Below are positions 1 to 12,581 of a stretch of DNA of 64,000 nt, piece after piece. This DNA comes from Octopus sinensis (lineage: Eukaryota): assembly GCF_006345805.1 (NCBI RefSeq), contig NC_043008.1, positions 1,054,001-1,118,000 of the forward strand, given 5' to 3'. The position numbers were made by a program, and so were the translations under genes. The notes under the pieces are model-generated. The model was not told the origin of the DNA. It saw only the letters and a list, made by a program, of their open reading frames with translations, and did not search any database. Numbering within the stretch: position 1 is the first letter of the stretch; every line of letters begins with the position of its first letter.

Positions 1-39
<39 letters not shown>

Positions 40-258
40 TGGGATGTACGTGAGTGTATGATCATTTATCCTTATATATAAGGGGGGTGTTGTGCTCATT
101 TTAGTTAAGAGATCATAAGAATGCTAGGATAGAGAACCAGCTGTGGCTGGGGATGGATATTTGTATGTGTGTACGTGTGTGAGTGTGTATGTATGTGTAT
201 ACAATTGAGGGAGTGTGAGAGTACGCACAACATACACCGCACGCAAATATATACTTTC

Positions 259-313
<55 letters not shown>

Positions 314-400
314 ATATAAATGGATGAATGAATTATGCTTCGTTAATCGATAACATGGAAAATTCAATAAACAGTTATCAAGGTAGCAAAATTCACGCAA

Positions 401-452
401 GTAACACGGATGAAGCGACCTATTCAAAGGTAGAAACTCCGGGTCAATGTGT
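401..452 (+). ncRNA. Degenerate hammerhead-like motif in a Penelope-like terminal fragment
   Basis: CGGATGA (CTGATGA variant, 407-413), stem II ACCT/AGGT, GAAA (433-436), stem III ACTC/GGGT, GUC triplet. Stem I pairs poorly. The fragment lies between (TA)n runs. Confidence 0.35.
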
Positions 453-699
453 AGTAATTATATATATATATATAACGAGAGAAATGGCGAGGGAAAGATG
501 TGGTGGGAAGTATAATACTACGGGTTATGATTATTTTATATCGAATCGTAAACATAATTTAATAAGTTCATTGGGTCTGGTCAGGGAAACTATATTCAAA
601 GCATCCATTTACCTATGAAAATAAATGAAACTTTGTTAGCCAATGATTTTCGATTGCAAATGAAAATTAATTTGCTTATATTATATTTTGCTTCACAAA

Positions 700-870
700 A
701 CAAACGTCGACAAACGTCGACAAACGTCGACAAACATCGACAAACTTCGACAGCCATCGACAAATTCCGCAAATATCGACAACTTCGCGTAAAATAAACA
801 AACATTGACACATTTCGCAAACACAGACAAAGTTTGGCAAACATCGAGAAATTTTGGCAAACATTGATAA
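700..870 (+). repeat. Degenerate ~10-bp minisatellite (CAAACGTCGA)n
   Basis: Three perfect CAAACGTCGA units from 701, then progressively diverged units (CAAACATCGA, CAAACTTCGA, CAGCCATCGA...). Confidence 0.85.
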
Positions 871-1959
871 ATCTTATAATGTTCTTTGATGCAATAAATC
901 TAGACCGTTGTTATCTTCTATTGACTGTATCTCGATCTGTCATCATTTCACCGTCGTCTTTCTCTATATGTCTTTCGTCATCTGGTTTCGTGATTTGTTT
1001 AACTAGAATATAACGAGTATATAATAGGACGCTTCATGTTGAAGTCTCGAAGTCACTAGGGGTGTGTGTGTATTAAAAGTTACACGCTCTCTGGTATCCA
1101 ATAAGGGTCGTGGTAGAAAATGCAAAGCGACACAACTGAAATTGCAGAATTGCAGTAAACACCGCTTCGTCCGGAAATCAAATAACCAGCTCTCTCAAAC
1201 AACCATTATTTTGAAAAACAAATCCGTAAAGAAAATGATTTATTTGTTAAGTCAATGGAATTTGTGCAAATATATGTTCATTAGTTTTAACTGAAAGAAA
1301 AGAAAAACTTTAACGAAAAAGAATCGTTGCTTCTTAAAGTCAGTATTATGATATATTTTCCTACATATACAATGGCTATGTTTTTATTAGATCGCTAAAA
1401 CTTTTACTTTCCTTCAAATATACATTTATCTCTTCCCATTTCTCTTGTTTCTTCTGTACTTAGAATATAAATTATAGTATTGATGCCTATACAGGCATTT
1501 AATGACTTTTGAGATGTGCTATGGTCAAATTATGTGCGATGAATAGATGTCCAGACATTTAAGTTACCCGCAATCATCCAGTCACTTTGGTGTGGAATAG
1601 TAAGGAGTTTACTGTAATTAGTTTTATTCGCATTTAAATGAAATTTGAACCTAAGTCTTCCATGTTTCTATTGTTGATGAAATACCTGTGGAAAAAGTAC
1701 GACACAACATATGGTCTTTTTTTCCCAGATAATCAGTTACCTCGGTATAGAGTGGATAAATTTATGACTTTTAAACGTAGACATTAACATTTCTTTATAA
1801 CGTGCAAACAGGATTTCAGAGCAATTTAAATTAATATACCTCGACAACAAATGCTGATGATGGAGGTATGTTGAATTATTGGTGTAGCTGTTTTTGTACA
1901 TGTGGAATAGTGTTATATCACATCCTTTTCACATATATATCTATGGATATATTTAGATG

Positions 1960-2190
1960 TATGTGTGTTTATTCTTGTGTTTATCCTCCACCACGGCTTG
2001 ACAAGCAATGATGTAAGATTACATCTCGTAACTTAGCGATTTGAAAAGTGTTATCGATAAAATAAATACCAAAGTCTAAATAATTAGACTTTTAAATAAT
2101 CAGTGGAGCCGATTTGTTCGACTGAAAACTGAAAGTGTCGAGGTAGTATCTCAGCTTCGCCGTGTCCACTATCTGACTGAAAATAAAATA
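1960..2190 (+). mobile_element. Old SINE 3' half (octopus-type)
   Basis: GCTTGACAA..GTAACTTAGCG..GATTTGTTCGACT..TGACTGAAA matches the family seen at 52455-52600 and, inverted, at 54360-54540. Confidence 0.6.
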
Positions 2191-2725
2191 TTTATACACA
2201 CATATATAAAACTGTAATACTAAGACAGATTTGAATACATTCGCTCACATTTCTGCAAATGTATGAATAAATAATTTATGGCAACAAGAACCCATGGATA
2301 AATTCTAATGAACATAACCCAATTCCATAAATATTTATTTAAATCCATATATATGCTTTCAGATTAAAGTAACAACATACATGCTTTTGTTTTTCTAACA
2401 CTTAGCGTCTCCCAATTGTCCAACTATGAAGAATTCATCAAATGTTCTGAAATACTCGTGCAAATATATCTGTCACCAAAATGGTTAATTGACGTGAGTC
2501 TCAATAATCATTTCGTTCTTTTCCAGAGACCTAACAATAAAATATATGGGGGTATTTTGCAAATTTATTCAGTGCAGCGTACTGCTGTTTATTGGAACAT
2601 AACAACAGGACTATTAATATTTTATGTGATGCTTACAAAAGACATACGCCATATTTATGTGTATATATGTATACATACATCCATACATACCACACATATG
2701 TATATATATATGTACATATATATAA

Positions 2726-2784
<59 letters not shown>

Positions 2785-2788
2785 TGTA

Positions 2789-2827
<39 letters not shown>

Positions 2828-3697
2828 AAAACGCACGTGTTAGGTAAACAGCATATATATATGTTATATGAATATGTAAATAAATGTAAATGTATAAATG
2901 TATAGTGTATAATACAATGATATATGTATGTACTATTATGACACACAGACACACGTACACCGCCTACACTGGCACGCATACGTACATATAGATATAGGGA
3001 AGACGTATGACTATAGACAACGGTAGAGATACTTCTGAGTATAGGTGTAGTGTATATGTATATATTTGAGTAAATAACTGTATGCTTATAAAATATTTAA
3101 AATGTGGGGAACATGAAATATGTGTGAATAATTTCACCTAGCAAGAATTCAACTACATTGCAAAGTAATGCACTGGTGCTCTTTCCAGCTCAGTGAGGTA
3201 CATATTTCCATTTGATCTATTTCGCTTCCACAGTGTTCTTTCCTCTAATATTTATGTCCTCGCATTTATTTATATAAAATATAAAAAAAAAACTGTAAGA
3301 AAAAAATCAACAACAACAAAATTTTAAATATCGATATCTTTTTCTGAAGCATTTTGTTGTTATTTCTTCAGTTCTAGTTCAAACTTCAACCTATCACGAA
3401 TCCGCCAAGAGTTCCCTTTTGACATAACGAAAGTTAACACTTTTAGAAATGTCCACGCCGTTTCTATGAGCGGCGAATTATACATACACTAATGCACACA
3501 CACGCGTATCCCAATGTGGGTTTGCACTTACATCCAGCGATGCAGATATATTCGCATGAGTAATTAAATGACTAAGAATATGATACACAGGAGGAATATA
3601 TATATATATAATATTATATATATATTATATATATATATATAATATATATATATATATATTATATATATTATAGTATATATACCATATATATACATAT

Positions 3698-3730
<33 letters not shown>

Positions 3731-4064
3731 AGAGATATACAACATATATATATATAATACGTATATATATATACACACACACATATATATATATATATGT
3801 GAGCGTATATATATATATACGCTCACATTTAGAGAGACAGAGAGAGGTGGACATATATCTGTCTTTGTACATACATTCATAGAATATGTATATTTTATGG
3901 ATATATACGTGAGCACACATGTAACACCATATATATTCACTCACACGCATATATACATACATACATACATACATCCGTACATATGCATGTGTGTTTGCTT
4001 GCATGTACATGAGTTTGCAGCTATACAAAATTGTATCTCCATGAAATAGTATCCGTATGCAAAT

Positions 4065-4104
<40 letters not shown>

Positions 4105-4438
4105 TCACAAGCAAATGCTCACAAGCATACACTCATGTATGAAAATTAGTGTATATGTTTTTCATTATATGTGTGTGTATATGAATTTATGCATATAGTA
4201 CATATGTAAAAATGTATGCATGTATGTATATACATATAAGTATATATATATATATATATATATATATAGCTAAATTTTTATTCCGAAAAAACTTTTCCTC
4301 TCCCGAAATGCAATTCGTAAAAGTTTGCCATTCATCCGGATATAGTATATATAAATTCAACCATGTGCTTCGTTGATGTGATCAGTTAGCTGATCGGCTT
4401 AAGCGAAGCGGGGGTCGTTGTTTATTTATGGTATATTC

Positions 4439-4486
4439 AGGCCTGCTGATGATTACGTAAGTATGAAATCACTGTGATACAGGTCT
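4439..4486 (+). ncRNA. Minimal type I hammerhead ribozyme, copy 1
   Basis: AGGCCTG-CTGATGA-T-TAC-GTAA-GTA-T-GAAA-TCAC-T-GTGA-TA-CAGGTCT. 7-bp stem I (one G-U), intact CUGAUGA/GAAA core, stem II with GNRA loop, stem III ATCAC/GTGAT, AUA triplet; predicted cut after 4479. Confidence 0.8.
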
Positions 4487-4910
4487 ATATATTTTTAAAT
4501 GTCTTCTTTGAAAAATTGCATTCGGTGGGATTAGTAATATTTTTGGTAGAAATGACTGATTGTCCCTCTTAGCGTATGGCGTGTATGTAGAATGCCTCCT
4601 GGCATGTATGTATATGCCCTCTATATATAATTAATATGTTCAATAAGAAATATTATTTTCGAAATTTTTCTCTTATGAGGTTTTTACGCTATCTACCTGA
4701 CAATTTCTTGTTAAGTTTTCCTTATTAAGTAGTTGTCCTTAATTGCTAAATTTTATTCCGAAAAAATTTTCCTCTCCCGAAATGCCATTCGTAAAAGTTT
4801 GCCATTCATCCGGATTAGTATATATAAATTCAACCATGTGCTTCGTTGATGTTGATCAGTTAGCTGATCGGCTTAAGCGAAGCGGGGGTCGTTGTTATTA
4901 TGGTATATTC

Positions 4911-4958
4911 AGGCCTGCTGATGATTACGTAAGTATGAAATCACTGTGATACAGGTCT
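4911..4958 (+). ncRNA. Minimal type I hammerhead ribozyme, copy 2
   Basis: 48 nt identical to copy 1; predicted cut after 4951. Confidence 0.8.
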
Positions 4959-5393
4959 ATATTTTTAAATGTCTTTCTTTGAAAAATTGCATTCGGTGGG
5001 ATTAGTAATATTTTTGGTAGAAATGACTGATTGTCCCTCTTAGCGTATGGCGTGTATGTAGAAATGCTCCTGGCATGTATGTATAATGCCCTCTATATAT
5101 AAATTAATATGTTCAATAAGAAATAATTATTTTCGAAATTTTTTTCTCTTATGAGGTTTTTACGCTATCTACCTGACAATTTCTTGTTAAGTTTTCCTTA
5201 TTAAGTAGTTGTCCTTAATTGCTAAATTTTATTCCGAAAAAAACTTTTCCTCTCCCGAAATGCAATTCGTAAAAGTTTGCCATTCATCCGGATATAGTAT
5301 ATATAAATTCAACCATGTGCTTCGTTGATGTTGATCAGTTAGCTGATCGGCTTAAGCGAAGCGGGGTCGTTGTTTATTTATGATGGTATATTC

Positions 5394-5441
5394 AGGCCTG
5401 CTGATGATTACGTAAGTATGAAATCACTGTGATACAGGTCT
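5394..5441 (+). ncRNA. Minimal type I hammerhead ribozyme, copy 3
   Basis: 48 nt identical to copy 1; predicted cut after 5434. Confidence 0.8.
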
Positions 5442-5937
5442 ATATATTTTTAAATGTCTTTCTTTGAAAAATTGCATTCGGTGGTATATTAAATTTTTTG
5501 GTAAAATAACTGATTGTCCCTCTTAGCGTATGGCGTGTATGTAGAATGCCTCCTGGCATGTATGTATAATGCCCTCTATATATAAATTTATATATATATA
5601 TATAATATATATATATATAATATATATATATATATATAGATATATATATATATATTATTATATATATATATATATACATGCACGTGTTCATGCTAATATA
5701 TGTACTGTGTGTGTGTATATATACATAGTAATTTTGTGAAAATATGCGAATGAAAGCACATAATTGTTTGGAGAATAAAATATCCATAAATCGTGCATTC
5801 ATTTACACATACAGGTTTAAAGACGCTTCACATCAAATGGGTCCTGATATTTCCACAGCATTTATTAATCCGAAAAGCAATTACTCGTTTTGTGGTTGAT
5901 ACCTACTTGAATCCTGTAAATGTATTTATATATATAT

Positions 5938-6245
5938 TTGCAGGGTGGAAGGTGTTTATCACCCATTTAAAAACACACAAAAACTGTTGGATTCGCTTCA
6001 ACATTTAAATTTAATTTGCCAAAATATGTTCGTCACTTTGAGACCGCGACCTCTTCACTGACAAAATTCCGTGATGCATCTGATGCAGCATGGAATTTTG
6101 TCATAATAATAACAGGTTGAAGTGAATCTAACGCTTTTTTGTGTGTTATTAAATGGCTTATAAACACCTTCCACGCTGCAATTGTTTTCGTTGCAGCACA
6201 CGATCTCAGATCAAGTCACTTCCTATGCAAGTACGTCTCCGTAAT
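5938..6245. mobile_element. Fold-back Penelope-like terminal-repeat fragment with nested inverted repeats
   Basis: Outer arms 5938-6002 / 6116-6181 and inner 22-bp hairpin 6059-6103. A degenerate minus-strand hammerhead-like motif lies at 6013-6068. Flanked by TA runs. Confidence 0.65.
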
Positions 6246-6267
6246 ATATATATATATATATATATAT

Positions 6268-6496
6268 AAAGGGAAAGTTTACGAAAATAAACAAAAAACG
6301 AAGGCAGGTAGGGTACAAACAATCAAATGTATTAGTATAGCGCTTGGGAATAGAAAAAGTCTTTTGCGTTTCGAGCCTACGCTCTTCGACAGAAAGATAC
6401 ACAGAAAAAAAAACAAGGAGAGTAAAAAAAGCGTGTAGGTGCTATCGATCTATCGTACCTCGGTTTACGAACGCCTGTGACCACGATTAATTCATG

Positions 6497-6500
<4 letters not shown>
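6268..6500 (-). mobile_element. Penelope-like terminal-repeat fragment with degenerate hammerhead (6360-6397)
   Basis: Minus strand reads TCTTT-CTGTCGA-A-GAGC-GTAG-GCTC-GAAA-CG-CA-AAAGA. Related to 59575-59830 and 62560-62665; embedded in (TA)n. Confidence 0.65.
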
Positions 6501-6530
<30 letters not shown>

Positions 6531-6639
6531 CACGGTTTTTCGTGATCAGATTTGTTCGAAATCCGAGGTACTGCTGCATATATATATAGAAACATTGTTT
6601 TCAAAGTGTGTTACAAGGCGAGCCTGTTCTTAGATAAGC

Positions 6640-6885
6640 TAAGTCGATTACATCAACCATAGCTCCCATGTGGCGCTTATTCTATCTCTCTGAAAAGAAG
6701 AAACACAAAGTGGCCCTTGGCAGAATTTCAGCATTTCGTCCATCATTATGTTCTGCCGTTAAATTCCACCGAGATCTGCTGTACCATGCATCATTTTAGG
6801 GTCGATAAAATAAATAGCAGTTGAGCAGTTGGGTCGATGTAATCGAATTCTCAAACTCTCAAATTTGCTGTACTAAACTAAGAAA
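6640..6885. mobile_element. Two diverged SINE fragments, head-to-head
   Basis: Minus-strand piece (AAGTCGATTTACATC...GGCAGAATTT) abuts a plus-strand piece (CATTTCGTC...AGGGTCGATAAAATAA...GGGTCGATGTAATCGA). Confidence 0.6.
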
Positions 6886-9466
6886 TGAATGTTCTTATTG
6901 CTACTAGTAACGATTAAATATCAATGTAAGAGCAAACAAGGTATGTGTGCATGTGTCACTGTCATGAGGCACTACGTTCGTTGTATTCAAGGAAACTAAT
7001 ATTCCTTACAAAATCTAGTCATTGTCTTATAATTTAAGAATCGTTTTCTTACCATTTCAATCAAGACACATAACCACATTCAAACACCCTAATTTGTTTT
7101 GATGTTTTTGTTGTTGTTTATTCAGTCCAAAATATCCCTCGTCAACGCTTTCTCGTTGTGACTTCAAAGACATTTTTGTATATTTGTGCTAAAATGATAT
7201 TCATTTTTCAAGACGGTACACTTTTACATTTGAGAGAGATTAACTTCTATTTCTAGCAGATCTGCCAAACATTTACTTGCCTTTCTTACGCAATATTCAT
7301 ATTTTGGAACGTGATGTATCAAACATTAATTATGAGACATGATTATTCAATGTAGAATGTTGATTTCGCAAATAACAATTTCTAAATATTCAATCACGCC
7401 ATCCTCTCCGAAATCATAATAATCTAAACCAATCTAATTAGTTCTTTAGCACGATCGAACATAATCTAATCATTATAATATTAAGAGAAATAACCATAAC
7501 ATCTTCATGCGAAACATATTTTTGCATGAACTAATAGAGGTATCTTTACGTGTCATTTCGCTCGACTGGCTAAAAACAGCAGCAAAATCCTTCCTGAAGT
7601 GGTATCGTATAGCTTATGAAATAGAAGTATATTTTAGATAAATGTCTTTGATAAACTTTTTTGATAAATTAAATGAGTCGACGCAAACTGTGTATGAGGT
7701 TTGATCACTTTATGCTTATGTGGTCTGCACAACTATGACGTTGATGACGAAAACAACGCCATACACTATAGTCAGAACAGGTAACACAACTGATTATTAT
7801 GTGTTACCTGCTCTGTCTGGTATTGTCAATACTTAGAAGAATGGCTTAGAAGCATTTTGTAGAAAGTCTAATATATTTCGAAGCTTCGTTACGAGAATAA
7901 AATGGAAATATATCTATAGTTACTTCATAAAGTCAAATAAAGATTTCAAATTTGTAAGAATGAAGCATCTATTCATAATTAATTTGAAAATACGGACAGG
8001 TAAAATTTAACTCTACTTAAAACGTGAATGTTCTGCTAGAAGTAACTATATTGCGGTAGTTACCATGAGAGAAGCTTTCGTATTGGCTTTTTGGTGCAAA
8101 ACACACGCTTGTTTATATAGCTAGCCGAGACTTATCCCTCCGCTACCTTCAGATCAAGCGATTTCGACCTTTATATATATATAATTTTAAGTCTATGTTT
8201 TCTATTATATAATTATCTATAATATTTTGTCGGAGTAATTTGAACAGCACGGACATACCGAATAGCGTCCGAAAACTCCAAGACGGTATGTTAACACTTG
8301 GAATAACTTGAATCCTATGTCTGCTGTTTCAGAGCTGATCTGTGTTAAACATCGTCGACAATAGGAAGCAATGAGAAGGGTGGCTCAGTGTGATTTTAAC
8401 AACTACTCTACGTAAGTCTTGAACGAGAAAATTATGTCAATCAATGTAGTTCTATATAGAAATAAAACAGTAAGGAGTCAGGTGTGGTTGCCTTTTGTCA
8501 TTGATCTCGATCGGAACTGGTGTAGATTGACCAGAATCAGGAAAGCTCTATGAAATACAGTCAAATGGCATCAGTTCATATTTTATCCTATTAAAAATGA
8601 AGGGTCACATTATTTTTATGCATTCCTATATAGAGAGACTGAAATTGAAACGAAGCTGCACGTCGGTTTGTTCAAACCTGAATTTAAGATGCAATAGAAT
8701 TTAAAATGCAAAATTGACCTGAATTTAATATGCAACAGTAGCCTATACAAAAACGTACATTCAATTTGTAGGTTAACACCATTTTCGGTTGAGAATGCAA
8801 AGGAGCTAAACGACAAAAGCATTTCGGGAAAATATATTCCTCATTTTAAAGCCATATACAGTATAACAGCGAGCCAACAATTGTAAAAGGGGTAATAATT
8901 TTTATGCGAATGAATACTTCAGAAAACATCATTTGCACGAAAGTGATGTAAGTATAAAATTTATGTCTGAGTATCAGCAGCGATGTAATTATTATTTCTC
9001 TACTTATAAATATAGCGATTGCAGAATAAGACACAAAATATGTAGTTGCGCTGACCATTACGTACACGATTAACGATGGGCACTAGATAACGATGAAAAT
9101 GATACTCACATATCTAAGACTAATCATGGTTTATAAACCACGTGAAACATATCCGATTAAATGACAGAATAAAAAAGAAAGTAGCTTAGTTTAGTAAAGC
9201 ACGAAGACCGACTACAGAAATGGGATTAATTTTAAATGAATACGAAATACAATAAATGGGTATATGTATGATATTAACAACAAGCATATAGGATATCACT
9301 ATTGATATTCTACATAATATTGCAGTTTTACTTCAGATGCAGAGAATTTAATATCAAAAACCAGACGTACAATATAACTGAAGACTATATATATACATCA
9401 ATACTGCCAATGCACACGCACAAGTACACACATATACAGCCCCATATATTTATACATGCATGAACG

Positions 9467-9505
<39 letters not shown>

Positions 9506-10026
9506 TGTATACTGGTGTATACATGTATATGTATATATGTGTATATATATATGTGTGTGTATATATGTATATATATATATGTGTGTGTATATATATATAT
9601 ATATATAACCTGTTGATATTGTTTAAATTCCATAGAAGGATTTTGCATCTGGGTTACAAACCGGTTCGTTCTCAATTGGCAAGAAGATGCATACATACAT
9701 ACATATATGTATATCACAAAGGCGTGCAGCATTATACTTACATTGCTCGGCTTATGACAATTCCTGGACCACGCATCATCCTGTGCCATTGAGCAAGGGG
9801 CTCGTTTTCATGTTGCTCATCTGTCCTCACTTGAAAATTAATTGGAATCTAGTGCTTGCGCTGTCCGTTATTTTCGCAGGTGAATTATCTAAACCGTATT
9901 TACCCTTCGAAGCAATTGAAATCATTATTGTAATATAGAACAATTGGCACACACAGAAGCACACACTCTCTCTATATCTCTCATACACACACACACACAC
10001 ACACACACATACACACACACACACAC

Positions 10027-10058
<32 letters not shown>

Positions 10059-11907
10059 CATAAATATTCATGTATATATGTATAGATATATTCATACAGA
10101 ATAATATCTAATAGGAAAAAGACAGATGTCCATAATCTGTTGATTTTCTTTTAGTTCTCTGTGTTATGATCTTGATATTCACATTGGATTGTGCAGCTTA
10201 ATGGTTGTTCAACAATTGTGAACTGAATGCTATTTGTAAAACGGCATTGACTTTTGCCCCTTAAATTGATATGGTTTTTCTACATTGCTGTTACTGGGGA
10301 GCTAATTTAGAAGAATCATAAGATGACGGATTGAAGGATGCCTATTCATGTTTAAAAGTTTGCTAAATCATCACTTGAGCATATACTGAGCATATATTCT
10401 CCTGGCGGTTCAATTCTATAGGCAGGCATGTTAATTAGAAGGCAATTAGAAAGCAAGACCTATAATTAGAAGAGATGACTTCCAGTCCTTTTAGCATTTC
10501 AAAATTTGCTATATAGAAGATACTGCTGATAAAGACCTAGGTGCATGAGTTGGTTCCAAAAGTCCTGACTGGGATATATTTCATCAAATATCAGCTCAGT
10601 CAATGCTTAATCAACTACAAAAAAAATACTGACCTTTGCTGTCTTGAACTATTCGTATATGGTAGCTTTTGGAAATTCCAAAATAATTCTTATTGACATG
10701 TCATTATAATATTCTGTGATGTGTTTGGACATTGACATATGCAAAAGTGTTACCTAAAAGAAAAACATGTTATAAACATATTTATACTTTCGGCTTATAT
10801 ATAGAAGTAACAGTGTATTAAAACCAAAATAATTTCCCCTAAAATGTCAGCCGGAAGTGACCGCTCATGGGTGAAATTAAGTGCATTACATTTATTGTAA
10901 ACAAGTCAATTCTAAACAATTTAATCTGTCTTTTGTATTAATTGTTTTGTAAATTCTTAAGACAAAGATTTAGTTTAATCCACATAACATTATTGTGACA
11001 AAGATGTCAATTTTGCAATACTTTATATTAATATCTTACGTAAAAGATTAAAGTGCAAACAAGTAAACGAAGCAACGTTTTTCATTTCTCAATTTTAATA
11101 GATTATAAATTAGATGAAGGGAAACACACACGATTATTGTCAGGGTCTCTATGACGAGTAATTTATCACGTGGCCACACTCCTGGTTCGAATGCTTGATT
11201 CAGAGTTCTAGTTATGTCATTCATGAACTGGTTGTAGTATTAGGCCAAGCGGCATTTTGGAACCAGTTTCTGGAATGAAAACTCCGAGAATGTTGTTGAT
11301 ACTTCGAATGCATTTGACGAGACGAGGCTTTGATCGAAGACTACTAAAGAAGAACAGGAGACAAACCACCCTAAAATCAAAAAGAGAAATGTGTTAAATG
11401 AAGGTACCATGCATTAAATGCATGTTCTACAGGTTGTTGCACTCTGTCTGAGTCACAGCTAGAGCACATTCAGTCGGGGCTCAAAGACAAGAAAAATGAC
11501 AAAGATAAAAAAAGGGACAGTTAGCGATTCTCTGTAGGAAAACCTAGAATATTTTACAATCCTAATGGAATCATGAAAGCAAAACATGCAGCATTATGAA
11601 ATATTTTCACATCCAGTTCTTTATAAACAATTTACCTACGTATTTTGAATCATTGTCTTTATTTTAGGCAAACCAATGTTTCAGTGCTAAGAAATGTGCA
11701 TAGCAATGGCTCTCATATGACACCGAATATATTCTCACGGCATGATTCCTTGAGTAAGTATCCTCAACTCTAGCGTCCAGCTCACCAACTCCTTTTTAAG
11801 TGGGATCTTAAGGGATGGAATAATATGGATGTCCCCGTTACAGACACAAACACAGGAAAACGCACATATATGTACACACAAATAAATATTCATACATAAT
11901 TACATGA

Positions 11908-11963
<56 letters not shown>

Positions 11964-12083
11964 ATATATATATATATGTGTGTGTGGGTATATATGTATG
12001 TATATAATAATCATTTATGCATAAATATATGTTTATATATACATATATATATATATACGTACATATATACATATCTATATGTC

Positions 12084-12120
<37 letters not shown>

Positions 12121-12144
12121 GTATATATATATTTATTTATATAT

Positions 12145-12195
<51 letters not shown>

Positions 12196-12494
12196 TATGT
12201 ATGTGTGCGTGTGTGTATGTGTGTGTGAGAGAGAGAGAGAAAGAGAGAATAGGTGCCAGCGTATAAACTCTAAACAGAGACAATTAAAATGATCTCACCT
12301 AGGGAGACATTTCCACTTGAAAAGATAAACTAGAGCTAAACCAATTGTGTATATGATTGCCTGTAAAAAACTGTTTGGAAGTTAGCTCAGTGTTTAAGGC
12401 AAAAAAATGAAGGTACGCAATCACACGCTGCACACAGATGTATTCTCAAACACACTCACACACCACACACACAAACATGTATATGTCTGTACAA

Positions 12495-12581
<87 letters not shown>

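Larger units (their letters stand above)
4269..5585 (+). repeat. Tandem array of ~476-bp units (~2.75 copies), hammerhead-containing (retrozyme / Penelope pLTR-like)
   Basis: GCTAAATTTT unit starts at 4269, 4745 and 5221. Copies are near-identical apart from mostly small indels. Flanked by (TA)n on both sides. Confidence 0.95.

Noticed and set aside
1854-1880. CTGATGA motif
   Set aside because: No stem II, GAAA or stem I partner downstream; chance match.
4743-4949. 68-aa ORF in the tandem unit
   Set aside because: Starts at TTG, is broken by indels in the other two copies, and has no recognisable motif.
4269-5585. CRISPR-like or rDNA-like interpretation of the array
   Set aside because: Whole units repeat with no unique spacers and no rRNA similarity; the context is eukaryotic.
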